Positions 12,601 through 26,221 of a stretch of 64,000 nucleotides of DNA are shown in pieces. The DNA lies in NCBI RefSeq assembly GCF_009914755.1, contig NC_060934.1; one strand, given 5' to 3'. The stretch is from the human T2T-CHM13v2.0 reference genome, Homo sapiens. Every line of letters starts with the position of its first letter. The stretch's first letter is position 1. The notes beneath the pieces were generated by a model. The model ran no database searches, was not told the origin of the DNA, and saw nothing but the letters and a program-made list of their open reading frames with translations. The translations under genes and the position numbers were made by a program.

Positions 12601-14864
12601 ATTCTATATTAACTATGTCCATTTTCACAAAAATAGAGTTACTATTTCTATATCTCATTCTGTTTCTTGTTTTGGAGTGATTTCCAAAAGGAAAAGAGGA
12701 AGAAATAGCTTTACTCTCTAATGTTAGACTTTCTAATTTCTGTTATTCTTAATTCTCAATTATTTTCAAATAGCTTAAATATCTTTTCAAGAATAAAACT
12801 GGTATATGGATGCTTATATATTTTTTTAAGTAGACGAAAGACATGGATGTAAATGTTCCAAAATGGTAACAGCTATTGGTTATAATTACAGAATTATGTC
12901 CACCACTTCCTAACACACTTTAGGAATAATTTCTGTATTACTTTTTTACAATATTTATGGTTAATTTAGGGAGTACATTTTTAAAACATTGAGTTTGTAA
13001 TCTACAAAGCTCCAAATACAAATACTGTTTTAAAGATTTAACCGAGTCCTCCAAACTTTTTCTCCCAAGCACATGACCTGGTGCTATACTCAAACTAGTT
13101 TTCCTTTCTTTGACATGTGATGAAAATCACAGTTTGGCTTTAGTTTTTGCCCACATTTACTTCTGCTGGTCAATATGGTGACTGTGACATACAATTTTTA
13201 ATCCTCTGTTTCAATCTTTGCTGGTCTTCACTCTTCGTTCTCCTGCTAAAGAGTGACCAGCTCCTATTCTGATCTCTCAGGAGTATCCCACTGATGCTGG
13301 TGACAAAGAACGTTTCCCACTTTTCCCACTGCATGCTCCTATCACCACTATGGAAGCGCATGCCTCAAGAATACAATTTCAGGCTCCAGCACATCCCCAC
13401 CAGTAGATATTGTAGTTTTGTGGCTAAGGCGTGCAAATCGATACAAGTAAACTGAACCTGATTAAAGTTTCTGAAAATCACAGTCTTAGAAGAACCGAGT
13501 GGTAAGCTGATTAGCCAAAGGTTTACTGAAAGCCTTTTTTGTTTCAATCCTTGTGTTTGAAAATCCTTCTAGAAAGTAATAAAGGTCTCATCCATCTTGA
13601 AAAGAAGGAATAATGGATATTTAACTTAAAAAAAAAAACTTTTGAGATTTTCATGACTCACTGTTGAGTACTTTGTAGAAAAAAAGGACGAAATTGAGTT
13701 CTTTTGGTTTCTCACTATTTTTCTGACAGACCCCCCACCTCACCCCGATAACAGCACTTTTATAGGTATCTACCTCTTGTTTCTAAAAGTGTAATTTGGA
13801 AACATATTGGCTAACTGTGGGTTTGCTTGGTTTCTAGCTAATTGAGACTTTATTGTATTGTTGCTTAATACATGATTTTAAAATTATACTGCAGCTGATT
13901 AAAATGAGAAAAATATATCTTTACTATTGTGGCAGAGTTTTTTCTTTTTTTCTCTAGTTTGACTTTTTTTCTCTCAATTTCAGGGATTTTCAAATTTCTA
14001 AAACAAAAACAAATCAATATTTAATTCCAGACTCAAATTGCTTAATATGTGGATAAAAACCTTTTGATCTTTATAAGTTTATATATATAGTAAAATTTTC
14101 CCTTTACAATGTCTAAATTTGCCTCTACATAATAAAATTTGTCTCACAATGATATCTACTTTAATTTGATACTTTACTAACTTTGTTTTGGAAAAAAATC
14201 CCAACTTAATATGATTATAGATTTTTAAAATATTTGTTTTTCTCTTTATATATATAATTTTTTAAAAAAATCTTTCAGCTCCTATGAAAGGGCTGGGAAA
14301 ACAGAGTACTAGTATTACCCAGCCAAGGTGCTGCCAGATCATGAGCTCTAGGGCCAAAGGTCACAGGAATTCAGGGGCACATTTCAAAACCACCTGGTGC
14401 CTCAAGGCTCAGTAAGGAAGGGGGCAGTGCCAGCTTCTACCTGAGGACAGAGGAGAAAAGAATGGAGCAAAACATCTACTAAAACTCAGCATGACCCTTC
14501 CCAAGCAGATTGGAACACTGCCTTGCCTGTATTTTATACTTCCAACCGATGTCCAAGTACTGGTGTGTAGGGAAACTAAGCCAAGACCAAATGGGACTAA
14601 TGATGTGTTTGGAAGCATCAGAAGCCCAGAATGAATAGAGAGAGATACTGACAAACACACTGACATACATACGGACACAGGCATAGATTTAGATATAAAT
14701 ATCAGCAATTGCCTAACCCAGCCACTTATACTAAAGAACCGCTTTGGGATTCCTTTTCTTGAGCTGGAAAAGAAAAGCCTTAGAAAATACATACTGAAAT
14801 ATTAGCCACGTTTGCACAAGCCAACCACCTGACATGAAGCTACATTAAGCCTCAGAAGTCACAG

Positions 14865-15120
14865 GCCTCCACAGATACCGTTTTGTTTTGTCTTTTCTCA
14901 TATTGTAATGTCTCTACAGACTGGCGCTGACATTGTTTCATTTTGATATCATAATAGTGTCTCCATGGATTTTGGCTGACATTTTGTTTTGACATTATGT
15001 TACAACAGACCTCCACTGACATTTCATTTTGTCACCACAACATTGTTTCTATAGGTTTCTGCTACGTTATTTTGTTTTGACATTAAAAATGCCATCTCTG
15101 TGGTCTCAGTGCAACATTGT
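14865..15120. repeat. Degenerate ~45-50 bp minisatellite, 5-6 units
   Basis: Recurrent CTCTACAGA...CTGACATTTTGTTTTGACA...CATTGT-like unit. Confidence 0.7.
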
Positions 15121-16824
15121 CTAGAGAACTTTTGGAGAAGGTATGGGGGTGCATGAAATAGATAAGTGGCATCATACAGAACATTTAATGAAGTTGAAGA
15201 TGTTTTCCATAGAGATAAATTTATATGATACTTAATATTTGCAACATTGTTTCCAAGTCCTAGGGTTTATTACAATATGGATTCAGTTAAGGTGTTAATT
15301 CTCTGTCTTTCCAATAAAAGGAGACCCCACAATCCCTTTTATATGTCAAAAACTTCAAAGAATTAATCCTCTATCCCTCTATTGCCAGAATCAAGTTTTT
15401 TTTTTGTTTGTTTTTAATGAATATGGTCTGAATTTTGTGTTGCAGAACTGTAGGAAGTATTTACGAAGTAAACAACTATAACCCTTTTAATTGTTGAATT
15501 TAAGAAACCATTGATCATGACACATTTTATAAATGTCTAAGAAGACAGAAAATGCTGTCAATTAAAATGCCATTGTATAATAAGTATCTTGATATCAGGG
15601 ATTTTAAATTCTGAAAAGCTGAATCTTATAATTGATTAAAAATGGTGATGGTATGTATTAAAATTAGCACTACCAGAAACAGCAATAAAAATAATTGATG
15701 ACCATTTGAGTATTTTTAAATAAATAATAGGATAAAAACATGAATCTTAAACTGATTTTGCAGTTTTAGGTAGAAATCATCTAGTGATTATCCTGAGAGA
15801 GGTTTGAAACAGACTTCCCCCTTTCCTGGTAGTCTCCTCTTTCTTCTTGTATTCACAAAATTCTCTATGAACATGTTACTATTTGTAATAAGACCAAGAA
15901 TATTGACCTCTAAAGCTGCATACTTCTAAATTCTATTAACTTAAATCCCAGGAAAATATCTTTACAATGTAATGATATATCTTCAGATTTGACCAAAAGC
16001 CAATATGACAAATGGTCATAATGGGAATATTTCTGTGTCTTTGCAAGCTATATTAAAAAATGTTATTTGATTTGTTATATAATTTTTCTTCTATAATGTA
16101 TATAGACTTCACAGTGAAATTATACAGCACAATTTAATGCCAGAGAAGGTGTTGCTACAGATGATCTCACGTTTATCAAAGAATTGAGCATAAGAAAATT
16201 CATGAATCTCAAACAAGTCTTTGTTTGAAAATGCTTATTCTGTTTCACAATTTATCTATTACAAGTATGTATATTAAAAATACTCCTAGAATTCAGCACT
16301 AGTGAAAGTATTCTCCACATGAACTAACATATTTCCTCTGATCGTAGATTAAGGATTTGATGTTGTTCTTTTTGCCTTGGCTGCCAGGAAACTCTGAGAT
16401 TAAACTGATGTACAACTATAATTACTCTGTCATTCCAATTAGGTAGTCATATCAATTTTGTAATGTTCTTTCTATCATTTTTGTGTCCTTGTAAACTTCA
16501 TTTGAACAGCTATTTTAAGAAGCTGCTTCAAATAATTTTTTGGAAATAAGGTGGTCTTAACTCATAGAGGGTCACAATGACCAATTTGTTAAGTATGAAA
16601 TATAAAGCACAGAGTTTCTTGTCATATTTTGAATAATTTCTTCTGATACCCCTTATAGAAATCATCATATTGGCTTCAAGTATATGTGAATAATATGAGA
16701 TGAGATACAAGTAAACATCTAATCCAGTGCTGACCACAGAAGAGGCACTTCATAAACACTCAATACGATGAAGAATAAGGACATCTAGGGAGAGACATAG
16801 AGTGGGTCATTAGAAACCCATGCC

Positions 16825-16950
16825 TGCAGCTCAGGAGAGAAGTGAAACTGAAGATATAGCTTTGGCAGTCATCGACATATACACAAGTGTAATGTAAGTC
16901 ATGGAAGTGGATGAAATCACAGTGATAGAATATGGAGAAGAGGGCTGGAG
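16825..16950 (-). mobile_element. L2 fragment
   Basis: GCTCAGGAGAGAAG...GAAGATATAGCTTTGGCAGTCATC...CATGGAAGTGGATGAAATCAC resembles antisense L2. Confidence 0.65.
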
Positions 16951-18201
16951 ATATATGATAAACCCAACCAACAACATTCTTAGAAAATAACGATTTTTAC
17001 TTTTCATTGTAGTTGAGTCACAGCAAGAGAGAAGCAAAAAAGAAGCCTGGCTTGCTCATGAAGTCGGGATCTCGTGGGATGTTACAATGTGCTGGGTTTG
17101 AGAGCAGTATGTGAGGTGACGTGCCGGACTCTGCCGCAAAAGATTCATTGCTGGGAGCAGGTGGGAGACCTGAATCTCGCTGCTCCCTCCAGCTGGGCCT
17201 CAGGCTTGGGGAATACCTGGGCTATGGCAGGTGAATCTGCTTTGCTGGTGAACAGTCTTCTCAGGGGCTGCCAATCCAATTACTTCTATGAGTGCTAAGG
17301 TTTCACTAGTTACAAAAAACTCTAAAGTAAATTAAAAATTTGTTTAAATTCATAAAATATGACAGCTCTAAAGTATTATCATAATTATCCTCTCCAAGTC
17401 CATCTCTAAGACAAACCTTCCTACTTCCTCAATGTGAGATGAATACCTGCTGTCAAATACATGTTTTGTCCCTTCTATAGTCTGGCTAGATTTCTCATGA
17501 AAAGAGGGAAAGAAATTGTATCCTTCTCTTGACCAAGTTCACCATATCCTCAGGATTTCTTTGCAGATGAACTATTTAGTTAATGCAGTTTCTAAGGCCC
17601 AGTGAATAGTATTGTGAAAGAGATTTTTCAAAGAAAGCTGATTGGACATCTTCAATATACACCAATACTTTCCAAACGAACAAACAAAAACTTTGTAAGC
17701 TTCATTTTTTTTTTTTGCCCTTATAATTTAGGACTATGATTCTGTGCAGGATTTAGAAGTAATTATCAAGTTAAAGATGTAATTAAAGATTTCACCAAGA
17801 AACGTAGTCTGATTAATGACAGTAAGGAGCCAAAGGACAGTAAACTTTTTGAATTTTTGAGAGAAAAGTCAGGATTTGTTATCAATAACTGTGGCTTTAG
17901 TCGATGTTTGGAAAATCAAGATGTTTGGCACTGCAGAGAAGAGAGGTTTTTTTTTAAATTTTATTTTACAACAGTTGTAATAAAATCCTTATTCTAAAAA
18001 CATGAGTGTATATATGTACAGCTCCAAATTTTCCAATTAAAGCTTCAGTTTGAGGTATACATTTTTTATCCATTTTGTATGCATTAGGGAAAAGGTCGTG
18101 AGACCACACTCAAATTCAATCCATAAACGACACATTGTTCACATCTCGCCAAGTCATAACTGATGTTATAAAGGGTTGAAAAGCTTCAATTTAAAAAAAT
18201 A

Positions 18202-18320
18202 CAGGCATCCTCTCCTTTTCACCACAATGTGTTCTTAGAAACCACACCATAAAGTGGATCAGATTTTCCCATAGGAGCAATGTTATAATTGGAGGTTATG
18301 TTTCTGACCAAGGAGTTGGC
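18202..18320. mobile_element. Old TcMar-Tigger terminal fragment
   Basis: TA followed by CAGGCATCCTC..., and TTTTCCCATAGGAGCAATGTTATAA typical of Tigger MITEs. Confidence 0.45.
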
Positions 18321-18765
18321 TCCATGATATGGCAACAATGGATCACACAGGCAAAGATATAATATCTCTAAATCTTTATAGCAACTTTAATAGTAAAAGT
18401 AGATTGCAAGTACCACAAGACGGCTTTAAATATATTCTGTTACTTATTCAAGAGACCTCAAGATTCTATAAAATATACATATATAGTACTAAGGAATTTT
18501 TAGAACTTTGGCAAATGAACATGCTAATAACTAAATATTATAATACTTTTGCCTTTTCTTAAAAGACCAAAAATGGCTCTGCAGAGGTCTTAGATCCGAG
18601 TTCTTGAAGAGGAAGAAGGATGTCTTCTGGTTGAACCCTTTAATTTTACCCCAGAGACCCAATGTGCTTCTTATGTGATTTTTCACAAGATCTTTCTTTT
18701 ACTTTGGAAAAATTTCCCTGTAGCTAGCAGAGACTTAAAAAAAAATTCCATCAACCTTAGAACTA

Positions 18766-19107
18766 CAGTCTTGCATTGTTTAACAATGCAGCTACATCCT
18801 GAGAAATGGGTTGTTAGGTAATATCATCATGTGAATATGATAAGAGTATACTTATATGAACATAGATGATGTAGTCTACTACCCAGCTAGGCTGTATGTT
18901 GTAGCCTATTGCTCCTAGGCAGCAAACCTGTACAGCATGTGAGTGCACTGAATACTGCAGGCAATTGGAACATAATGGTATTTGTGTATCTAAATATATC
19001 TACATATAGAAAAGGTACAGTACAAATGTGGTATTATAATCTTATGGAACCACTGTGATATGTGCAGTCTGTCATTGACTGACATGTGGTTATATGGCAC
19101 AGAACTG
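18766..19107 (+). mobile_element. Tigger3a (MER7A-like) DNA transposon, complete MITE
   Basis: TA|CAGTC ... ACTG|TA ends with TA target duplication; internal GTAGCCTATTGCTCCTAGGC, AAACCTGTACAGCATGT, GTATTATAATCTTATGG. Confidence 0.9.
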
Positions 19108-19444
19108 TATTCCAAAATGCTAGAGCCAGGTCACAGATTGCATCATTAAGTACTTCAATGTGTGCTGATCTCTATCATGGCATCTAATACTTTATGTTTT
19201 TTTCAAAAGGATTATTCAATCATTTCCCAGATAATTGATAGAACTGGCATAGAACAGTATCCAGTCTGTACTTGGATTGTTTGCTTTCCTGTTTTCCCAT
19301 GCAGACAACTGGCCGTACATAGCACTGAATGGAAGGTTAAAGGCAGAGAAAAGTAAGATGTAGGTGTTAATTATATGTTGTGGGATGAGTGACAGAATTA
19401 AAGAGCATTCCAATGATAAGGTAGCCTTGTGATTATCAGGACCA

Positions 19445-19570
19445 ACCTCTTCGCTTTACTGATGAGGAAACTGAGGCCCAGAGAGATCCAGTGACATGAC
19501 AAAGCTAATAAACTAGGCAGATGGCTGACTTGGAGCAATGCAGAAGTATAGGTCCCTGCCCAGGGCTACT
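19445..19570 (-). mobile_element. MIR
   Basis: TTTACTGATGAGGAAACTGAGGCCCAGAGAG core. Confidence 0.8.
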
Positions 19571-19638
19571 TCAGCTTGGCTAATATTCTAACATTCAACT
19601 GCTAAAGTCTTCCTGATTCACAGAAATTGGGGGAAAAC

Positions 19639-19841
19639 TTTTTTTTTGAAACAGTGTTTTCCTCTATCACCCTGGCTGAAGTACACTGAGTATACACGGA
19701 TGCAATCAAAGCTCACTGCAGCCTTAAACTCCTGGGATCAGGCAATCCTCCCACCTCAGCCTCCTGAGAGGCCGCAAGTGATCCTCCCAACTTGGCTTCT
19801 TAAAGTGCTGGAATTACAGGTGTGAGATACTGCGCCTGTCC
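19639..19841 (-). mobile_element. AluJ-type element with a large central deletion
   Basis: Poly-T and partial right arm joined directly to CAAGTGATCCTCCC... of the left arm; linker absent. Confidence 0.9.
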
Positions 19842-21429
19842 AGGAGCCATTTTAATCTGTGTCATATTTGAATTAGGGGAGAGCTCTCCCTCACACACAC
19901 ACATACATATTCATGAGTGCAGAGACACACACACGTATAATAAACTTTTAGTCCATAATATGAACATAAAGTAAACCTGATACTATTTCTTATTTCACAT
20001 GGGACCAGACAATTGAAGTCCTTAATGTACAGTATTACAAGATTAGTACATTTGAATTATCATAAACAACAAAAAGAAACCATCCTTTGGCCATTTAAAT
20101 TCAGATCCCCTCAGAGCAAGCCAAATTTACATAACTCCATTGTCCACACTGTATCTTTTATCAGTAGTCAGTTTAATTCAAACGTCTTGTAGAAAAGATG
20201 AATTAAATATTCATCAAAGTCCAGAGAATTTTAAGCATCTATTCCATTATCTTAAATGGAACTGCAGACAAAACACCAAAGTGAACCTCTTTTTTCCCCC
20301 TTACCCTTCAACATAAATAAGGCTTTTAGTGTTTCCCCTTATGGTGTAACTCATACCAAATGATGACACTATTTACAGTATCTTCTTTAAAAGGGCATAG
20401 CTCCTATGCTTATTTCAATTAAAGCCCTTGTGCAATTATGCTTTCAAGAAACAATTAACAGAGGAAAAAACCATTTCCCTCACTCCGGCCTTTTAGAATT
20501 GGGAAGTGAGTACCCTTTCTTACCACTAGCGGCATTGAAGTAATTATTTAATGTTAAGGTTCAATTCCTTGGGTGTAAATTTTGGTTTTAGTTGACACTA
20601 AAAAGAAACATCAATTTATTAGGAGATAAAACTTGTTCTCCAGTAATGGAGCAGCTGCATCCATAAATTTATTGCAGTTTAATGTTCTCACACATAAAGC
20701 AATTAGAGTTTTCTGATGAACAGACTTTGCTACTAAATGATCATGTGTATCGTGGTGAGGATGGCCTGTGAGACTGGAAAGTAGAATGTGAGGCTTCCAT
20801 GAAAAAAACTGCAGAAATGTAAAACAATAATACTACTAATAATACGTGTTGGGCAAATACAAGTGAGACCCTCTCCTCCATCCATGAGTTTGAATGAAAA
20901 GAAATGCTGCAAATTTAGCAGTCATGGTGAACGCCCACACTGCAGCTTTCCTGGCAACAGACTCACTTAATGATGCCTGGAATGAAGCCTGCTTGGATCC
21001 TGAGCAAGGGAGGATACAAACACCTTATCTTTAAGATAAGCATCACCTGATTTTCCTCATCAACAAGGAACAACAGTAGACAGGTGAGCAGTTTAAAAGT
21101 AATTCCAATTGCTGAATATCTAGGTCATACTTGCCCTGTAGAAGACTAAAGCGCATTCATGGAAGATTTTGTTTCTCCCCAGACAGTGCCCTCATCTTTC
21201 ACATACCACCTCTCACGTTTCGAGAGAGAGACAGAGAGATTTATTTCTTTGCATCCATCCCTTCCCCTCCCCTGCAACACTATTCTGCCAATGTAGTAAC
21301 TACCTCCAGGTGTTGAAACTCATGGGTTCTGCCTGAGCATGTTTCTTTCCCGGTTAATTTGGGAAGACTGATTGAGACTTAGAACTACTATAAACATATT
21401 TTTGTAATTTGTAGTGACAATTACCATTG

Positions 21430-21720
21430 TTATTTACTAAGCACCTACTAAATGCCAGGCATTATGTAAATTGTTGAGAATACAGAGGTGTGACAATGGT
21501 TCCTATACTCAATGGTCAGGTAACAATAATAGACAAGACATTAAGTGATAAAGTTAGTGTATGATTTTGGGGAAAATAAGAGGAGGGAGTGATCATTTCT
21601 TAAGGAAATGGTACAGACCAGGCCAGATGCATTTCCATAGGTTCCCTAAATTTGGGCTGGGTTTGGAGTGAGGAATTGAAGTCAGGTTGAGCGGTCAGCC
21701 TATGTGAAGGGAAGGCAGGT
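21430..21720 (-). mobile_element. L2 3' fragment
   Basis: TATTTACTAAGCACCTACTAAATGCCAGGCATT antisense L2 end. Confidence 0.7.
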
Positions 21721-21789
21721 TTAAGAAGTACCAAGTGGTTCCAGGGGTTTCTGGACTGGGGACTGATTATTCTTTTAAAAGAGGCTGCT

Positions 21790-22110
21790 GAAATGTCCAA
21801 ATAAATAAGACAGATCGAACACATCTATGCAGCCTCGACGCTCTTCTAAAACCCCACCAAAATGCCAGCAAAGACATAAAAAGTCTTCAAATCACTCAGA
21901 TAACAAGAATAACAATAGAGGAGACTACAGCAAATGAAAGATAACATTTTAGGAGCTGTAAGGCTAATGGATGGGGCTTAGTTAGCATATTGGAAAATGT
22001 AGAACCCTAAGCTTACATGAAGGGATAAACGGCTACGTGTTGGTTCAGCAGAACCCCAGAAAGACTTGGGAATTGGAGGTACTGGGTACCTCTGAAGAAG
22101 GGTGATGGGT
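21790..22110 (+). mobile_element. Old L1M/HAL1 5' fragment
   Basis: CAGAACCCCAGAAAGACTTGGGAATTGGAGGTACTGGGTACCTCTGAAG resembles recalled HAL1/L1M 5' sequence. Confidence 0.45.
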
Positions 22111-22197
22111 CAGGGCAGAAGATGAACTTTTGGGCATTTTTGCTTTTCACAGTTTTTTTTTCTTTCATCATCTTCAGAAACCACAAGCCCTCTAAAA

Positions 22198-22198
<1 letters not shown>

Positions 22199-22239
<41 letters not shown>
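22199..22239. repeat. (TG)20 microsatellite
   Basis: Perfect dinucleotide run. Confidence 0.99.
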
Positions 22240-22241
<2 letters not shown>

Positions 22242-22640
22242 CATATATATTTATATTAATTTTATTTTGCTCTCGTGGCAGCAACAACAGGATCAATGAA
22301 AGGAGCACAGTGAAGCAGTACTGACCATGGGGGGTCATGCAGACGCTCTGAGAATTGAGCATCTATTGCTGGGACCACTGTATTCAGAGGCAGGAGGCAG
22401 ATGCAACACGGTCCACTCACAATGCACAACCTGTGGCTTGGTTGACTTACAAAAGCAGTACAACAAACACAGCTATTTAGCACAGTCTGAGAGGTCACAG
22501 CTCCCACCTGATCTGGAGGCTGCTCCCACTCTGATAATTTTAAGACAGTACTTTCAGCAGGAAGTGGGAAGCCTATGCATGCCATGTGACCTCAAGGCTA
22601 CAGATAAGTATTAAATTGGATGACTGATTCTCATATTTTT

Positions 22641-22928
<288 letters not shown>

Positions 22929-24426
22929 ATGAATCTCATATTTTTATAAAGCAGCCATGTGTTCTAGATTTTGCTGAACATCACAATTTCCAATACTCTA
23001 ATGCTCATAAAGAGACGGCTCATGGTCAAACTAAAGGTATAATTTTTAAGTTTTTTAAGTTGGAACAAAATGGTCAATAGGAGGTAAGAACTTAAAAGGA
23101 AAGGGTTTGTTTGCAAGTGCTCCCACAAGAAAACTCGGAAGCGATGAACAAGAGTCACCACTTCACTTGCATGAGAAAGTTCCTCATGGTACCCCTAAGT
23201 CAAGCCCTCACTAAGAGCGCGGCTGCTGGCACTGTGGTCCCACTTTGAGGAGCAGCCTCCCAGAGCTCGCCCAGGCCCCTGCAGCTTCCATGCTCTTCTC
23301 ATGAGACCAAACGACTGCCCAGACACTTAGTAAATTCCTTGTATCTTTGGTTTATATGAAAGGAAAGAAAAAACAGCTTCTGCACATTTCATCTTACTAT
23401 AAATACCCAAGTGAAGAAAAAAGGTAACCATGAAGGCTCATCCCACTCAATTTATTCCTGTTGGCATTCTTTCAGTGGACAAAAGGAGGGGAAAAAAAAC
23501 CCTGCCCTTGAGTAGGAATGCAACATGTAAAAACCTGTGCTGAATCATGAACATGATTATTGTATGAGAAGATTCAAACTGAATTGTAAAAACCTCATTT
23601 TATAGCTGCTTAAAAACCCTGAGAATAGTTGTACATGGATCTCAGCAAACGTACAAAAGAACACGCGTTATCAAGGCAGAGATCTGCACACTTGCTAGGG
23701 AAGACAAGGGTGATGCGGGGGCAGAAGATCCTGGCTTGGACAAGGCAAGGTTCCAAGGATGAAAATATCCCTCTGCTGGCTGAGTCAGATGCATCCACAC
23801 ATCTGAGTGCCCTCTGTGCTCAGCTGTCTTAGATTCATGCTGCGTTGTAGCTGTTTGTTTACTGGACTTGCCTCTCTCCGGAATTAAGAAGTCAGATTTT
23901 GAGGGCAGGGAGCCAGTCATATTCACCTTTGTTTCCTTAGCCCTGATGCCAGTGTCAGACAAGTAAGCGCCCCATGAACTCAAATAAATAAAGACCTCTG
24001 ATCTACATTGTCCAGCCATGTGCACCTTTTTCTCCATTTTTTCTTCTTTTACAAGTATTTATATTCTCTGCACCTCCTAACACAGATTATCATGAGTCCA
24101 TGTACAATAATTTTCCCCATAAAACTAACTAGCAAGGATTCCCTATTCCCAAATCTGCAAATTTCACAATAAAACTGTTTTGTGTGTGATTCTTCTACCA
24201 AACTTGTGACTCATATTTAAAATCTGAAACCATCATCTGCTTCCTATAGAGGGTTCCCTATTCCCAATGACACATGCCCAAATGAAGCACTTGTTTTTCA
24301 TGGTTCTGATACACATAAAACGGTGACATAAAACATATGACAAAACAAGTATAATACTGTTATGGAAAGAGATGTTGGAAAATTAGAAAAAGAATTCTGT
24401 TTATTGTGTTAACTACAATTCTAACC

Positions 24427-24620
24427 CAGGATTTTTCAAACTTTGACCACAACCTACAATAAAAGCGCTATATTTCATGTAGCAACCAGCACAAATGTAC
24501 ATAAATATAAAACTGCAACAGATTATGAAATAAAACCATTTCTATTTCCAACATACTCAAACATTTTCTATTCCTTTTACCTCATTCTCTTTAAACATTG
24601 CTGATGTCAGCCTACTCAGA
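24427..24620. mobile_element. hAT-Charlie MITE fragment
   Basis: CAGGATTTTTCAAACTTTGACCACAACCTACA is a Charlie-type terminus. Confidence 0.5.
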
Positions 24621-24630
24621 CAATTTCAAA

Positions 24631-24785
24631 GCCTGACAATGCAAGGTAACTCATGCCTGTAATCCCAGCACTTTAGGAGGCTGAGGCAGGAGGATCTCTT
24701 GAAGCCCAGAGTTTGAAACCAGCCTGGACAATGAAGCAAGACTTCGTTTCTCCACATAAAAAACAAACAAACAAAAACCACAAAA
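24631..24785 (+). mobile_element. Alu left monomer (FLAM-like)
   Basis: CTCATGCCTGTAATCCCAGCACTTT...ACCAGCCTGG followed directly by an A-rich tail; no right arm. Confidence 0.85.
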
Positions 24786-25201
24786 GAGAGAGAGAGAAAA
24801 GACAAATTAGAGTCACCAAGACCCATGAGGTAGGAGACAACTTTAATGGGAGGCATTAAAGAACCTAGAATCTTCTGAAGTCATCTCTTTCCATTTCTTC
24901 TCTCTTTGGCATCTCCACTCCTGTGGTTTTCTTGGATAGCTTCTGTGTGTTTGATTCACGATTCTTTTCCATTTCATGTTACCCATGTGGCTAAGGCTAG
25001 GGTGAAAGCTAAGCAAGACGCAGGGTGGAACCCATGGAGATCTAAAGAAGCGACTGCTGCCCAGGCCTGACTGGGTCAGTACAGCTTCATTCAGAAAGGC
25101 AAGAGGAAGACTTCCAGCCCATCTATAAGAAACCGGGTCCCAAGCCCTGGCTAGTGAGAAAGAGTGTGTATATGGCAACTATCTCTGTGATGATTCTCCT
25201 A

Positions 25202-25406
25202 GAACGCTGTCCAACACAACTGTCTGCCATGATGGAAGTGTTCCATATCACTAGTTACTGTGGTTACCACTAGCTACAAGTGGCTATTAAGCACTTGATG
25301 TGTGACTAATTCAACAAAGGAATGAATTCTTAGATGTATTTAATTTTAATTAATTGAAAGCTAAAGAGCCAAATGTGGCTGTGACTTCCATTGTGGACAG
25401 ACATAG
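25202..25406. mobile_element. MER3 hAT-Charlie MITE
   Basis: GCTGTCCAA...GATGGAAGTGTTCCATATC...GTGGCTATTAAGCACTTGA...TTTAATTTTAATTAAT...TGGACAG. Confidence 0.85.
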
Positions 25407-25729
25407 CCCTTGAACCTATCAAAGATGGGTAAGAGAAGTGAGGTTGAAAGGCTTTGGGACAAGTCAGAATTTGAAGACATTGATGCTGCCCATATCTTTC
25501 CATCAGATATTTCCAAGGATGAAGACTGAATTGCAGCATTTTGCATTCTCAAATCTTGAAAAAGAAACAAGAATTTATGGAACCAAACAACCACAGAGAT
25601 TCAACTATGAAATGTATTCACTGGTAATAAACAATTCCTTTCAACTAGAACTTCAGTGAAAGGTGCTGTACAAACAGTTGCATATTCTTTTAACTTGAGG
25701 GGAGGCAAGAATCTAGTTCATTCTGAAGT

Positions 25730-25900
25730 TTTGGAAAGACCTAGGTTTTAGATTCTGCATTGTCACTGATTCGCTAAAGACCTGGAGGAGGTTATACGTG
25801 TTCTCTTTAGCTTCTACTGCTACTCATGGGCTGTTGAGTAGCAAATGAGTTGGTGTAAGTAGGGAAAGCACTCAATGCTGTGGTTTATGGTAGTTATTCA
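25730..25900 (+). mobile_element. MIR, diverged
   Basis: AAAGACCTAGGTTTTAGATTCTG...CTCATGGGCTGTTG...AAAGCACTCAA. Confidence 0.55.
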
Positions 25901-26221
25901 CAACAGTCAATAGTGTGTGCACTCAGGCAGATTTGCAAATAACTCTTTCACTCTGCCTTAGGATAACTACCCATTAAATCACATAGGTAGAAAGAAGGCC
26001 AAGTTTATTCATTTTACATCCCTGTAACTCCCAAGAAATGTTGAGGTAATCAAAAAATTGTGGGAGATAGGATAATCTGAATAGCAAATGTTCCAACTTC
26101 TAACATCTAGGCAACTAGTAAGTCCTGAAAGCTGGAATATGGCTGGTCAAAATCAGAAGTTCTCTGAACTAAAAGACAGTTTCAACAAGGTCCTTATCCA
26201 TTAGTGTATCTACAACAAACA

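Noticed and set aside
14865-15120. Repeat array considered as CRISPR-like
   Set aside because: Primate DNA, degenerate tandem units without unique spacers, no cas genes.
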